DNA from: the human T2T-CHM13v2.0 reference genome, Homo sapiens
Assembly: GCF_009914755.1 (NCBI RefSeq)
Contig: NC_060931.1
Length of the DNA: 64,000 nt
Reading direction: 5' to 3' (one strand)
Shown here: positions 26,540 through 43,619 of the stretch, one piece after another
Layout: each line of letters begins with the position of its first letter
How positions within the stretch are numbered: the first letter of the stretch is position 1
Translations under genes and position numbers: made by a program
Notes under the pieces: generated by a model
Database searches by the model: none
What the model was told of the DNA's origin: nothing
What the model saw: only the letters and a program-made list of their open reading frames with translations

Positions 26540-26824
26540 TATTTATTCTTCCTGACACAAATTAGTATAATACCTTTCTGCCCCCTATTAAAGTTAGGCA
26601 TCTACATGTAACTTGCTTCCAATAAGATGTGAGTGGAAATGACATGTGTTTGTTGTCCTGCTGTTGCCACAATCATGGAAGCAAGAATCAGGCTTTTACA
26701 GACCCTTCCTACCATTTTGCATTGGACCTGTATTGTGAGCAAGAATTGTTTTCTTTATATTAAGCACTTGATCTTAGGGGCTATTAATTATCAGGAAATA
26801 ATCTAGCCTATCTTGACTAATACA
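26540..26824 (+). mobile_element. Old MLT1 (J/L-like) LTR
   Basis: CCAATAAGATGTGAGTGGAAATGACATGTGT..TGTGAGCAAGAA..ATCTAGCCTATCTTGACTAATACA terminus. Confidence 0.7.
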
Positions 26825-29084
26825 AAGCTTTTTCACAGACATGACATGAATAGCAAAATTTGTTTCTGAGGATTCAATAATAGAGAAGTCTGAGAAGGAC
26901 TAAAATAGAAAACATCAGAAAAGATAGAGGTAAAACCAACTGTAAGAGAATTGCAGGAAGATCTATGTGCAAGGAACTACATAAATTATTAGACAGAAGT
27001 GGAAATGGAGAGATCTTTGCCATCAGGCAACTGAGAAGAGAGACATGGGAACAGATTTTTCTCGAAGACTTTTAGAGAATGATAAATGCTGTGTGGTATA
27101 CAATAAATGACCTATTATGCCCCCTTTAAAGATTCCTCCCCTACGGGTCTTTGGTCATTTTTGTTTGTTTGTTTGTTTTTGCTGGCTTTTTCTCTCTAGA
27201 GTATATTTACTTTAGGGACCGGGAAAAAATGTTTCAAGGTTACCACAGGGGAAAAACAGAATTGCCAATGGGAGAAAATCATCACAATTTCTTCCCCAGA
27301 AGGTAAACCAAAAGTATATTTACATGGCTAGAAAATCCCTAGCCTTTTGTTTTGAATAATATTTATGTATTCATAAACACTGCAAACACTAAATAATGAT
27401 TCAACCAACAGTTTTATGTGTGTGGGAACTATAGTAAGAGGGAAAGTGTGTTTGTCCCAAGGTGGGGGATCCAAAGAGAAGAAATAAAATCTTATCCTTG
27501 TCTTCCAAGAAATACAATAGATACTATCTGCAAATAAAAATTTTAAAATATTCGTGTATATATATGTGTGTGTATGTGTGTGTGCTGTTTAGAAATATGG
27601 ACTAAAGTACTAGGAAAAGCAGTTAAGTGAATTAAAAGCTGTTGTTTCTGGGTAACGGAACTTGGGAATGAGACTCAATCGTTCAAAAAAGTATATTTAA
27701 TATTTCACAAAAACCAAAGGTGTAAGTAAAATTAAGGAAACAAAAATATGTCACACTTTCTCATTTTTATCATCTAAATTTCTGTTTTGATGTCTTTATT
27801 TTTTAGTGTTGAATATTATTGTGGTTATCAAAGAAAATATGTGTTTATTTTATAAAACTTAAAAAATACGGAAAATAATCATTTTAATTGGCCACACTTC
27901 TCTAGCCAATGTCCAGGGTTGTTGTGTCTCACCCAAAAAATGATACTATCAAATGAAGTAAAGAATCACTCAATCAGATATCAATGTTTTACTAGAGTAA
28001 TGAGACTATATTCCATCTCAGTATCCACAGGTAATAACAAAATGCCAGCTCAATAAATAATAATGGATTTAACATTTCCAGTTGATAGTTGAATGTAAGA
28101 AGAGAATCAGTGCAGCTTGTCAGAGCACAGAGCAATGCATAATATTCAGAAAATACTTGAAGTGATCAAGAAAATCGTTACTTGTGATGACTTACACATT
28201 TATATTGTTATGAGAAACACAAGAATGCTCAACTAATCTATTTCCTTGAAGAGTTTTCAATCAATGAGTCCAGTAAAAAATAAATCAAGGAAGAAATTAG
28301 ACAATAATAAAACTTTCTCTTTTTTCTTATTTTATTCTCTCCCTCCTTTCTTCCCTCCTTCCCTTCCTTCATTTCTTTTTTCTTTTTCTATAAAAAAGCA
28401 AGCAAGGAAAGGTAATTCTTTGTAAGTAAAAATGTTTCTTCTCTGGAAACAATTGTTTCAGGCTCAGGATTCAGCATGAATCAATCTTAACTGAGGAGCA
28501 AGGGGAGGAAAACAGGATTTACCAGCCACTTTTTTGATGGTTGTGACCCCCAGGGCTTACCATTCCTGTTGATGTTGTTTTTTGACTTGTAGTTTTCTAA
28601 TGTTTCTCACTAAATTGATTATTGCCTTTGGAAGTAATTTCATGGCTTTTGGAGTACTATAGCTTTATCTTTCTAACCTTCACAGTACTGTGAAAGATTG
28701 GTCTCATTTCTTGTTAATTCTGATTCTTCTTCGAGGTTATTCTCTCACTCTCCAAGGGAATCATCATGTACAGTGTTTATTAGTCTTACACATCATGACA
28801 CCTCCAGAGAATTTATACAGACTAATTCATCTTTCCTGACAATTGCTGAAATAAATGGTGGCCTCAACAGTGGTTTTATTTCTGGGAACTTATTTTTATT
28901 GTGTGCCACTTGTCATAGCAGTGAGCAGTCATAAAGACCAAATAGACAACGATTTTCTATTTCCAATATTATATCTAATGATCAGTTTTAAATCATTTTA
29001 GCTGCAAAACTTTTTAAAGAATAGTTTAACCCTACTTTTTTATCTGAAGTATTCATTTTTTCTTATATGTGGCAGCAAAGGAGA

Positions 29085-29240
29085 ATGGAAGAAATCATTC
29101 ACTAGTATTAGAGTCTGGAGTCTTATCCCAGCTGTGCATATGACCTTACATAATTCACTTAAGTTCTCCAAGCCTCAGTTTTATCATATATAAAATGTAG
29201 AAGCCAACTTCCAAAGTTAGCTCAAGTTTTAGCAGATTCT
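29085..29240 (+). mobile_element. MIR
   Basis: CAGCTGTGCATATGACCTTA..TCACTTAAGTTCTCCAAGCCTCAGTTTTATCATATATAAAATG core. Confidence 0.75.
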
Positions 29241-29499
29241 GTTTTCAATAAGAAACAATGTCTTCCAACTGTCAAATATTCAAACACCAATAAGTTTATC
29301 CAAGAATATATTTCACCTTTCATTCATTAAAATGTATCCAGAAGATAATGCTCAAATGTCTCTCAATTTTTAAAAGATACATCTTATGAAGTGTTCTTTT
29401 ACACATATTCAATTAACACTAGACTAATAGATGCCAAAATCACAAAAGTTTGGAACAAGGTCTTATGGCAAGTTAGTAGACTAGTGGGTACTTCTGATA

Positions 29500-29576
29500 T
29501 AGCCTCTAAAACGCAGCTCTCAGAGCCCCATATATTTACTATCTGGCCCTTATCAGAAAAAAAAATTCAGTCCCTA
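29500..29576 (+). mobile_element. MER58 (hAT-Charlie) terminal fragment
   Basis: ATATTTACTATCTGGCCCTTATCAGAAAAA..CAGTCCCT. Confidence 0.6.
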
Positions 29577-30281
29577 AAATTAAATAAACAGAGGAGAAAT
29601 GATAAATATTCCTTATAGAATAATTCCAAATATTAAATATAGAAGTGGGAAAAATACAAAATCACCACTAGAACCCACCAGTAAATTGCTGCAGACAAGA
29701 TTCATGATGAATGTTAAAATTAGTGGACAAAACTTTAAGGATACTTGCATACTCCAAGGTGTCCACCCTTCAAATATGTATTATTTATTATTATGATTTT
29801 AGCATATGTGCACAAAATTTCTAAAATGCCTCCTTCCAGAAGGTAAGCTCAATTCTCCTTCTCTTGAATGTGAGTTGGATTTAATAGCTTAGTTGCAAAG
29901 AATACAATGTGTAAACGGAAAAATTGACTTAGTGGAGAAACCTGGCAGATACAACCTCAGACAAATGATTAAGGTTAAGCTCACCAATGATAGTGCATGT
30001 TGGTCTCAGGTACCTCTAATTGATTGTCATGAGAAGGGCAATTCATCTCTGTGGTATTTTTCCCCAAGAAGACTCATAGCCCAATCATGAGAAAACATCA
30101 GATATGCCCAAATTGAAAGACATTCTACAAAACACTTGGCCCATAGTTTTTATAACTCTCAAAGTCATGCAAAGCAAGAAAATACTCAGAAAATCCCATA
30201 AGCTAGAGAAAACTAAGGAGCTATGATGCCTAAACTCATTGTAGTATTATTGATTGGATACTAAAGCAGAAAAAGGACACC

Positions 30282-30284
<3 letters not shown>
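29577..30284 (+). mobile_element. L1MC/MD-like 3' region fragment
   Basis: GTGGAGAAACCTGGCAGATACAACCT..GATTAAGGTTAA..CCAAATTGAAAGACATTCTACAAAA..GCAGAAAAAGGACA. Confidence 0.7.

Positions 30285-30313
<29 letters not shown>
30285..30313 (+). repeat. Pure A29 tract
   Basis: 29 consecutive A between two old L1 fragments. Confidence 0.95.
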
Positions 30314-31480
<1,167 letters not shown>

Positions 31481-32204
31481 TTAAAAGTTGAAGGTGGATC
31501 TCAGATAGGTTCCAAACACTTGACAGAACGAGAGGGATATCCTTGGAATATCTGCCTAAATTACTGGGGCCATTCCAACATGTTTCCCGCAAGGCATCCA
31601 CAGTGTACTTCAGACATTCATGGGCATATCACTGCTTGCGAAAATGGAAGAACTTATTTAGTGGCTGAAGAGCACAGACATCAGTTTATGGCTTGATAAT
31701 ATCACAGGATTATGGAGGGGCTAAGTTAATATGAGAGCCTGAGTTTAATATCACATGCAAAAGCACTGAGACAAGTTTCAGGGTGCCTTTCGGGTAGCAT
31801 AAAATTGGCAAGGGGTGGTGCATGTATCAGACACCACAGCATCATTGAGAGGAGGAGGATGGAACAATACTCCACATACATGTTCTGATGAAAATTAAGT
31901 AATTTGTCAAATGAGTAAACAGGAAGCATTGAATAAAATCCTGCTTTTCCCTGTCCCCTCTGCCTCTTGTTCCAGGGATCTCTGCAAAGGGCTAATGATA
32001 ATCCTAATATGTAACCATGGATTCTTTTAATATTATATTTAACACACAACACTGGATGAAACAATCACAAGGATGGCTCTAAAAATATTTAAATCTTAAC
32101 CAAATATCTGTTGTACAGAAATGATAATGTATATAATTAATGTGTATTAATATATAAAAATAATTATAGATGAGTGTTCCTTTTAAAATATAGCATGTTA
32201 TGAG

Positions 32205-32550
32205 TTTTTCATCTTTATAGAGGTATAATTGAAAAAATAATGTCAGATGTATTTAAAACATGCAACATGATGATTTGATATATTATACATTACGAAATTA
32301 TTACCACAATCAAATTAATTAGTATATCCATCACCTTTTTTATTTTTTGGTGAGAATGCTTGAGATCTACTCTCTCAGAAATTTCAAGTATATAATACAT
32401 TGTTACTAACTATAGTCACTATGCAGTATATAGGATCCTCAGAATTTACTCATCTTATAACTGAAAGTTCATACTTCTTGACCAACCTCTCCCCATTTGT
32501 TCCACTCCCCAGATGCTTGCTGCAAACACCGCTATACACTGTTATGAGTA
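32205..32550 (-). mobile_element. L1MA/MB-like 3' terminal fragment
   Basis: GAGGTATAATTGA..CAACATGATGATTTGATATA..ATCTACTCTCTCAGAAATTTCAAGTATATAATACATTGTTACTAACTATAGTCAC. Confidence 0.8.
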
Positions 32551-32881
32551 TTAAAAAAGGGGAAAAAATACACACACCAAATTGAATTCCACATTACAAA
32601 GAAGAGAGAGTTGTAAATATTAAAAGTTTGTTTCTAATTTTGCTGCTTTTTCTTTGAAAAATATATACTATAAGGAAATGAAAGAATCTATGAATGAAAT
32701 GTTATAAAATAAGCAGTTCTTATATGATAATAATTATTGATAAAGTGATAATGTGCCCCAATGCTTAAAATCCTGTGAAGTTAAAAATAATCTAGAAATA
32801 TACATTTATGTCTCATTATGATTGCATTTTACTGGTAAAATAATTTTTTTCAACTGTAGAATGAGAAGTGAGGTTCCTTAC

Positions 32882-32892
32882 CTCTTTGGGTT
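32882..32892 (-). other. Candidate 11-nt microexon AACCCAAAGAG of an unidentified minus-strand host gene
   Basis: Minus strand: gtgttaattgctacttttgtttcaacacag|AACCCAAAGAG|gtaagg. Branch-like TTAAT, UGC, pyrimidine tract, CAG acceptor and strong donor, in non-repeat sequence. Confidence 0.45.
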
Positions 32893-33279
32893 CTGTGTTG
32901 AAACAAAAGTAGCAATTAACACTACTATAACATTCAGAGTTGCATTAATTTCTTATTAAATTTGAATTATACAAGAACAAAGGATACTTTATGCTCTGGA
33001 AAAAGATAATTGTGAATTGTAAATTGATACCGTAACACATAGATGAAGCCTCTATTTAGTAGGGCAAATTACATCTCTTTTAGGAAGTTTACTCCCAAGG
33101 TATATACTCAAAAATCTGTAATGACCACCTGACTACTCTCACTGCAGCATGCCTACTTTGTTTGCTGAATTAAATGTTTGTTAATGAGTAACACTGAAAT
33201 TCAGCCAGAACTTGGCCCCAGACTAACTTGCTATTCATAATCTGTGCTTCAGTCAAACACTGCTAATTGCTGCTCATCC

Positions 33280-33390
33280 CACATTGTGACCTCCTTGAGA
33301 ACAGATCATTGCGTATAGAATCACTTTACTACCAATGTCTAGCATAATGCCAGGCTCATTTTTAATACTCAGTAGTTAGGTTGCTAAGTA
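33280..33390 (+). mobile_element. L2 3' terminal fragment
   Basis: ATTGTGACCTCCTTGAGAACAGA..CAATGTCTAGCATAATGCCAGGC..TACTCAGTA. Confidence 0.6.
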
Positions 33391-34029
33391 CACTTGGGCG
33401 CTGTGTTTTTTGTCTGCTCTTACATTGTACCATTATGCCTAAGTATACTTCTTTCACTGTCCAAAATCCTACCCAGTTTTCAAGACCAAGATTTCATGCT
33501 GCACCATAGGAATTGCAGATTTTAAAAGTTCAAATAGATCCAGTGCTTGTCCATTCTTCTTCCAGAAATCACAGCCCCTGCTTTCAAAAAAAAATGCTGG
33601 AAGAAAACCTAGACGTAAACTCTATTGACACCAAAATTACAGAACAGATGAAAAGACTATTCTGAAAACATGAAAAGCCAAAAGTAGCACAAGTGGGAGA
33701 TGCAGGAAACAGTTCAGAAAGGATTCGCCCGCTGTATACCCCTGACACTGGTGGTAGAATACATCTCCCCAAGTCAATGTCTTATTTTGAAGCGTAACCC
33801 CAAAAATTATTTGTCTTCAGCAAAAGATAAAGTGTAAGTGGACAGGCTGTGAGAGTCTTCCTATACGTCATTTGATAGAAAGTTTAAAGAAATTGGAAAG
33901 GCAAACACGAATGGAAAAACATGGTCAAGTCATTTTTGAAAGGGGAAGTTTATTGGTGAGATAGTAAAAAAAATGAGGGACTATCTTGGATGCAGTCCAG
34001 TTGTGCCATATTGCAGTACCTAAAATACT

Positions 34030-35135
34030 ACTCTCACAAGAAGAGTATGCTAGTGTAACAGAGAACAAACTGATTAATAAAAAATGGTCAATCCAAAAGA
34101 AAGAAAAGGCGGAAGAGGAGTTATAGAATAGGCAGGACAAACAAAAAGCACATAGTAAGATAGCAGATTTAAAACCAAAGATATTAGTAATCACATTCAG
34201 TATAAATGGACTAAGTGCTCAAATTAACTGATAAAGATTGTTAGACAAGATTTAAAATTTGCAAGATACATCTAAAGTAAAAATATAGAAAAGAAATTGC
34301 TGACAAAGGTGTAGCTCACTAACAACAAGTGAAACCTAAAGAAATTGGAAAAAGGGAAATAATAAACATAAAAACCTGAATTACAGAAATGGAAAGCAAA
34401 TGTACACAAGAATGTATAAAGTCCAAAATAATTGTTTAAAAAAAACTAATGAAATGGGTAAACTTCTCTCTGATAAGACTGAGCAAGTTAAAAATAGAGA
34501 AGGTACCAATATTAAAAATAAAAAAGAGGGAAAGAATTGACCACTAGATTGTACAGTAATTAAAAGATCATGAAACTCTTTTACAAACAATATTATGATA
34601 AGACAAGTGAAATGAAATGAACAAATTTCTAGGAAAAAAATAGAAGACTGGACAAAGTAAGAATACAAAATTTCAATTAAAGTATCAAAGAACTACAAAT
34701 AAAGAATATCAAAAACAAATTTTCAAAACGGGAACCTATTTAAAAAGCATACTTAATGTAAAATGTTAAGATGCTTATCTCTAAGACTGGCAATAAACCA
34801 TGAAAAAAGTGAAAAAAAAGATGAAAGCACTAATTCAGAAAAGGTAACACAGATATAGAATATCAAAGAAAATAAAATTATATGAAACTACCTTGCTAAA
34901 TACCATTTAAATAAATGTGAGAATGTGAATAAAATGATTATCTAGAAAAATATAGACTACCAAAGTGAACCCCAGAAAAGATAGAACACCTAATTAGAAC
35001 AATTGCCAAAGAAGTAATAAAGATGTTGGAGAATAATTTCCTCCCTCTGCCCCTCCAAATAAAGCACTATATTCACATTCAGATTGTTTGTAAGAGGAAT
35101 TCCAAAAAGTCTTTCAGAAACAGGTAAATCTAATG
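34030..35135 (+). mobile_element. Old L1M ORF2 fragments
   Basis: A-rich; ATTAGTAATCACATTCAGTATAAATGGACTAAGTGCTCAAATTAA (endonuclease start) and CTAGAAAAATATAGACTACCAAAGTGAACCCCAGAA. Confidence 0.65.
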
Positions 35136-36225
35136 CAATTCTCTCAAACTATGTCACGGCTTTATCAGCTAAGTTTATGTAATATTTTAAATTCTTTATT
35201 GTAATTTCAACAATATTTATAGCATCTTCACGAGGAGTAGATTTCATGTCAAGAAACCACTTTCTTTGCTCATCTTTAAGAAGCAGCTCCGCATCCACTC
35301 AAGTTTTATCACGAGATCACAGCAATTCAGTCACATCTTCAGGCTCCATTTCTAACTCCAGATCTCCTGCAGTTTCCCCTACATTGGGAATTACTTCCTT
35401 CACTCAAGTCTTGAGCCTCTCAAAGTCAATCATAAGGGCCAGAATCAACTTCTATGAAATCCCTGTTAATGTAAATGTTATGACTTCTTCCCATAAATTA
35501 CAAATGTTCTTAATGGCATCTAGAATAGTAAATCCTTTTCAGAAGGTTTTCAATTTACTTTGCCCAGATCTTTTAGGGAAATCTCTATCTATGACAGCCA
35601 TAGCCTTACAAAATGTATTTCTTAAATAGTAAGACTTGAAAGTCTAAATTATTCCTTGATCTATAGGCTGCAGTATGGATGTTGTGTCAGCAGGCAAGAA
35701 CACAGCATTAATCCCCTTACCCATCTCCAGCAGAGTTATTGGTTAAGTAGGTGCATTGTCAGTGAACAGTAATATTTTGACAGAAATATTTTTTTTTTCC
35801 TGAGTAAAAGGTCTCAACAATAGGCTTAGAATACTCAGTAAACCATGCTGTAAACAGACGTGCTGTCATCCAGGCTTTGTTGTTCCATTTATAGAGCACA
35901 GGCAAAGTAGACTTAATAAATTCTTAAGGGTCCTAGGATTTCTGGAATGGTAAAAGAGTCTTGGCTTCAACTTAGTCACCAGCTGCATCAGTCTCTAACA
36001 AGAGAGTCAGCCTGTCCTTTGAAACTTTGAAGCACGGTATTATCTTCTCTCTAGGCATGAAAGTCCTAGATGGCATCTTCTTTCAATAGAAGAATGTTTA
36101 GTCTACATTGAAAATCTGTTTTTACTGTAGTCACCTTCATGAATGAGCTTAGCTAGATCTGGATAACGTGCTACAGCTTCTACGTCAACATCTTCTGCTT
36201 CACCTTGCACTTTTATGGAAATGGC

Positions 36226-39253
<3,028 letters not shown>

Positions 39254-40518
39254 TAGAACTTTTCATCTGAGCTTTCTCACCTCTCTCAGCCTTTATAGAA
39301 TTGAAGAGAGTTAGGGTCTTGCTCTGGATTAGGCTTTGGTTTAAGGAAATGTTGTGGCTGTTTGGATCTTCTACCCAGACCACTTAAACATTCCTCAGGT
39401 CAGTAATAAGGCTGTTTCACTCTCTTATTCATGTGTTCACTGGAGTAACACTTTTAATTTCATTCAAGAACATTTCCTTTGCATTCACAACCTCACTAAC
39501 TGGTGCAAGACACCCAGTTTTCAGCCAATTTTGGCTTTTGAAATGCCTTCTCACTAAGCTTTATCATTTCTAGCTTTTGACTGAAAGTGAGAGACTTATG
39601 TCTCTTCCTTTCACTTAAACACTTACAGGCCACTATTTGATTATTAATTGGGCTAATTTCAATATTGTTTTGTGTCAGGGAACAGGCAGGACTGAAGAGA
39701 GAGAGAGAGCGGGATGGGGTAACAGGCTGTCATTGGAGCAGTCAACACGCACACAACATTTATCAATTAAGTTTGCCACCTTATGTGGGTGCAGTTCATG
39801 GGACTACAAGACAATCACAATAGTGACATTAAAGATCACTGATCATAGATCACCACAATAGATATAATAATAAAGCAAAAGTTTAAAATATTGCAAGAAT
39901 TACCAGGATGTGACACCAAGGGACAAAGTAAGTAGATGTGCTTAGAAAATTGGTGCTGATAGATTTGTTTGATGCAAGGTTGCATCAAAACCTTTAATTT
40001 GAAAATTACTGCATAAATCTGTGAAATGCAATAAAGCAAAGTGCAATAAAAGAAGGTATGCCTGTATTTATCTCAGTATCTCTGCATTGTTAGTAATAGC
40101 AAAAAACTTGGGACAAACTAAATGTTTACCAAAGGTATCTGATTAACAACTCTTTATTTGGGAAAAGAAAGTGGTGACCAGAGTGACAATAGAAAAGAAG
40201 AAAACATTTTTTCAATGATAATTCCTCTGTGTATTTTTCATTTATAACCATATACAGGAATTTACTAAGACAGTGTAAAAGTACATTAGTAAGTGCTGTA
40301 ATCTTTCTAACACTTAACCCCCAAGCAAATGTGAGTTGGGCTTCATTGAACACTGCCTCTTTGTTTGGTCTTTTTATGATATATCATCATCATCATTATT
40401 ATTTTGATTTTCAACTCATCTCTGAGATTGCACTGATTACCTGGCTTATTTTGTGCCCCCAAATGTTCTTAAGGTCAATATCAAGCATAGGAAGTGCTCA
40501 GCACATATTTGTCTAAAT

Positions 40519-40729
40519 AAGTGTCCCCCAGCCACAGTACTACAAATATTTAAGCCAGATATTTTTTATTGTAAGGATCTGTCCTGTGCACTGCAGGATG
40601 TTTAGAAGCATTTCTGACCTCTTCCACTAGATGCAAGTAGCACATTTTAAGTCATGACGAAAAAAATATCTTCAGATATTGACAAAAGTCCCCTGGATGG
40701 GAAGAATCATCCCCAAGTGAGAACCATTG
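40519..40729 (-). mobile_element. MER20 (hAT)
   Basis: CTGTCCTGTGCACTGCAGGATGTTTAGAAGCAT..CCACTAGATGCAAGTAGCAC..CAGATATTGACAAAAGTCCCCTGG..GAGAACCATTG. Confidence 0.88.
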
Positions 40730-43619
40730 GTTTAAAGCCACGACATATCTAATCTTGCAGAATTTTATAATAGATTTTGAAGCAAGATTTAGTATACATT
40801 TTTCTACTAGAATATAATAATTTGTTATATGCTATTTTGCTGTAAGTGAATAAAGAGTTGAAATATATGTCTAGTATAGACTATAAACTAATCTTTAATA
40901 CTTTTGTCATTCATTTATTATTTTTGTTTTTGTTATTTTATATACAGAGTTGAACTTGTATAGAATGGTGAAGATTTCAGAATTCCTCATTTAGTGACAT
41001 TGTATCATTTGCAAAATGATGAATGATAGCCTGTATGTGGGATACATCATTTTCTCTCTTTTCTTCTAGATAACATTAATGATAGTAAAAATCGATTATC
41101 AGAATGTCAACAGTATGATTTAAAGTAAATATTCTTTGTTGCAGATAACCTCATCAAATAGGGATTAGACTATATAAAGATTAATTATAGTAGCCAAACA
41201 GTTAGTTCTGGATGATTTCTTTTAATTGATAACCAATGGTTTACAAACTAAAAGTTATCATCTGTGAAATTGGATAAAGAGCCTTACAGCGAAATTGATA
41301 GGCAGAGTAACACTAAGGATATGTAAGATAGACCATTGTCATCTCACAAATAACATTAATAGGGAGAAAATAATACATAATACGTGAGTGAAGAAATTAA
41401 CACATCTTTCCCTATCTATAAGCTTGTCATTTTGTCTTTGAAAGTCTTTGCAGTATTAAAAAGATTTCTCATTTCTCTTATTCAAGCCCTTTTTTCCCTT
41501 TGTGTTAATTCCAGTAAGGGGGAAAGGAAAGGAAAGAAATAACAAAGGAAGGAAAGAGAGTGGAAAAGACGAAGGGACAAAATAAAAGGCAAAGGAAGGA
41601 GGGAGGAGCCAAATGAAAAATGGAAGAAAATTTTTATATGATAGAATAAAATTGCCACAGATCTCTAGTCTAGATGATAAAATTAACCTAGTGGACTAAT
41701 TTTATATCTTCTTTTCCTTTAATCCCACTAAAACATAACTTACCCAGCATCTCTGAAGCCCATTTTGAAAAATACTTCAGAAACTTACTTACCTAGCGCT
41801 ACAATGTTCATTCCGTTTTCATATTGTTATTTAAATAATGTGTTATAAAGATTCACTATAGACATTCAGCCTAACTCTGAATAGTATTATTTTAAAAACT
41901 AAAAATTCCTGCTTTTTAAATTTTAAAATGCTTTGTGTTGCTTTCTCTTATCTGTCTTATTATTGAATATGTCACCAAATACCAAATGGTTTTATACACT
42001 AATAGTTCTAGCACCTTAAAAAAGAGATGAAGTTATTATCCAGGATAAAGTATAAATAAAAAATTTGCTGAATCCTAATCTGACCTGATGTGAATTAATA
42101 CAGACTTCCATTTGTTTGCACCATCACTGTGTAAGGGTCCATCTAGTTAAAAACAGAACATAAGCAAAGAATAAATCAATAGGTATCTAGTTATTTATTA
42201 TTTTGTATTAACATAGAACATAATTACAGTTTATTCTTATACATTATTTGTTTATATAAAAGCCTACCAATTTTACAGCTTGACTGTTCATAAGCAATAA
42301 GAAGGCTTTATAGGATCATCCTATCAAGGTGGGCTACTTGTATAATAACTGGAGTTTACAGAGAATCCACAATTCAGTCATTTGAATGACTGGATATTCA
42401 TCAAGCTTTAGAGAGAAAATAATTAATCAAGAAGAAATATGTTTCCTATGTTTTCAGGTCAAAATATTACATCTTCTTTGTAAGATAAATGTTATTTCAC
42501 AGTAAATAAAGTCTACAACATGATTAACCTCATATGAATTAATTGGAGAATCTTGAAGAAGCTAAATATAATGTTTACATTGATGAAGCTAAATCTAAGG
42601 TTTGTCTAGTAATTCCAATTTATCATTTTTCCAAAAAAAATTGACATATAGAATTATGCACTGGATGTTCAAATTCAAATACTTTATCATAAACATTTAT
42701 CCATTTTCCACTATAATTTCTTTTATATTAATTTGAGCCAAATGTAAGATACTGCAGAAATTGTAGCTTTATATGGTTCAGCCTACATGTATCATCAAAA
42801 ACACTAAGGGGCTTAAATACGAAATAAATAAAAAGAAAATGTAAAGAAGAATGCTGGCTTTTTTAAAGATAGACAAGCCTCTTTACTTGTGTTGTAAGCA
42901 AATTATTTGAAAAAAAATTAGGAAAATCACAGAAAGTATTAACATCCAAATGGCTCTTTCACTTTGAAAAACTTACATATAGCATTATGAGGTTGAAATA
43001 ACCAATGTACGTGTGACATGTAAAATTACACTTTAACTTAATATTATAATCAGTGAGCTAATGGATGAGAGATTAATAAATTAAGACATTTCACTCTACA
43101 CTGAATAGTTAAGTATGATTCATGCATAATTCTGGTTATAATTTATAGAGATTAACAGTGAATTTGTAAAAGAAGAGATCCTTTATTTTTCTTTGAAATT
43201 TGACAATGGCAGGGCCTTGTTACCATCTCATGACTTAACAACCATATTGTGATACTAATGAATAACTTGTGACAACTGACACCTGATACTGCTGTAGCCA
43301 AAAACCTAGGGAGCAATCTGGCATAAATTTGTTAAGAATGTTAATGTCTATAATTAATTTTAATTCTGAACTAACTGTAAAATTGATACATTTTGGAGGT
43401 CATAAAGGTCAATTATCTATGGTGATTTAGGATATTGATACTGAACTGAGAGAAAAAAATGATGAAAACACCACTAATCTCATATTCAGTTTGTTAACTT
43501 ATAAAATTTACAAAATGTTTAAACCAAATGAAATGTAATCAGATGATTTGAGAAATATTGTCTAGGGCAAGACACTAACAGTACAGAACTTTAAATATTC
43601 AAAATCTTCAGTGTAAGGT

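Noticed and set aside
33550-33840. Good + strand acceptor (ccattcttcttccag) before a purine-rich stretch
   Set aside because: The frames close quickly, no recognisable protein, and only weak donors follow.
41735-41770. Two close minus-strand donor motifs (TAG|gtaagt, TGG|gtaagt)
   Set aside because: No good acceptor or open frame upstream; expected by chance in AT-rich DNA.
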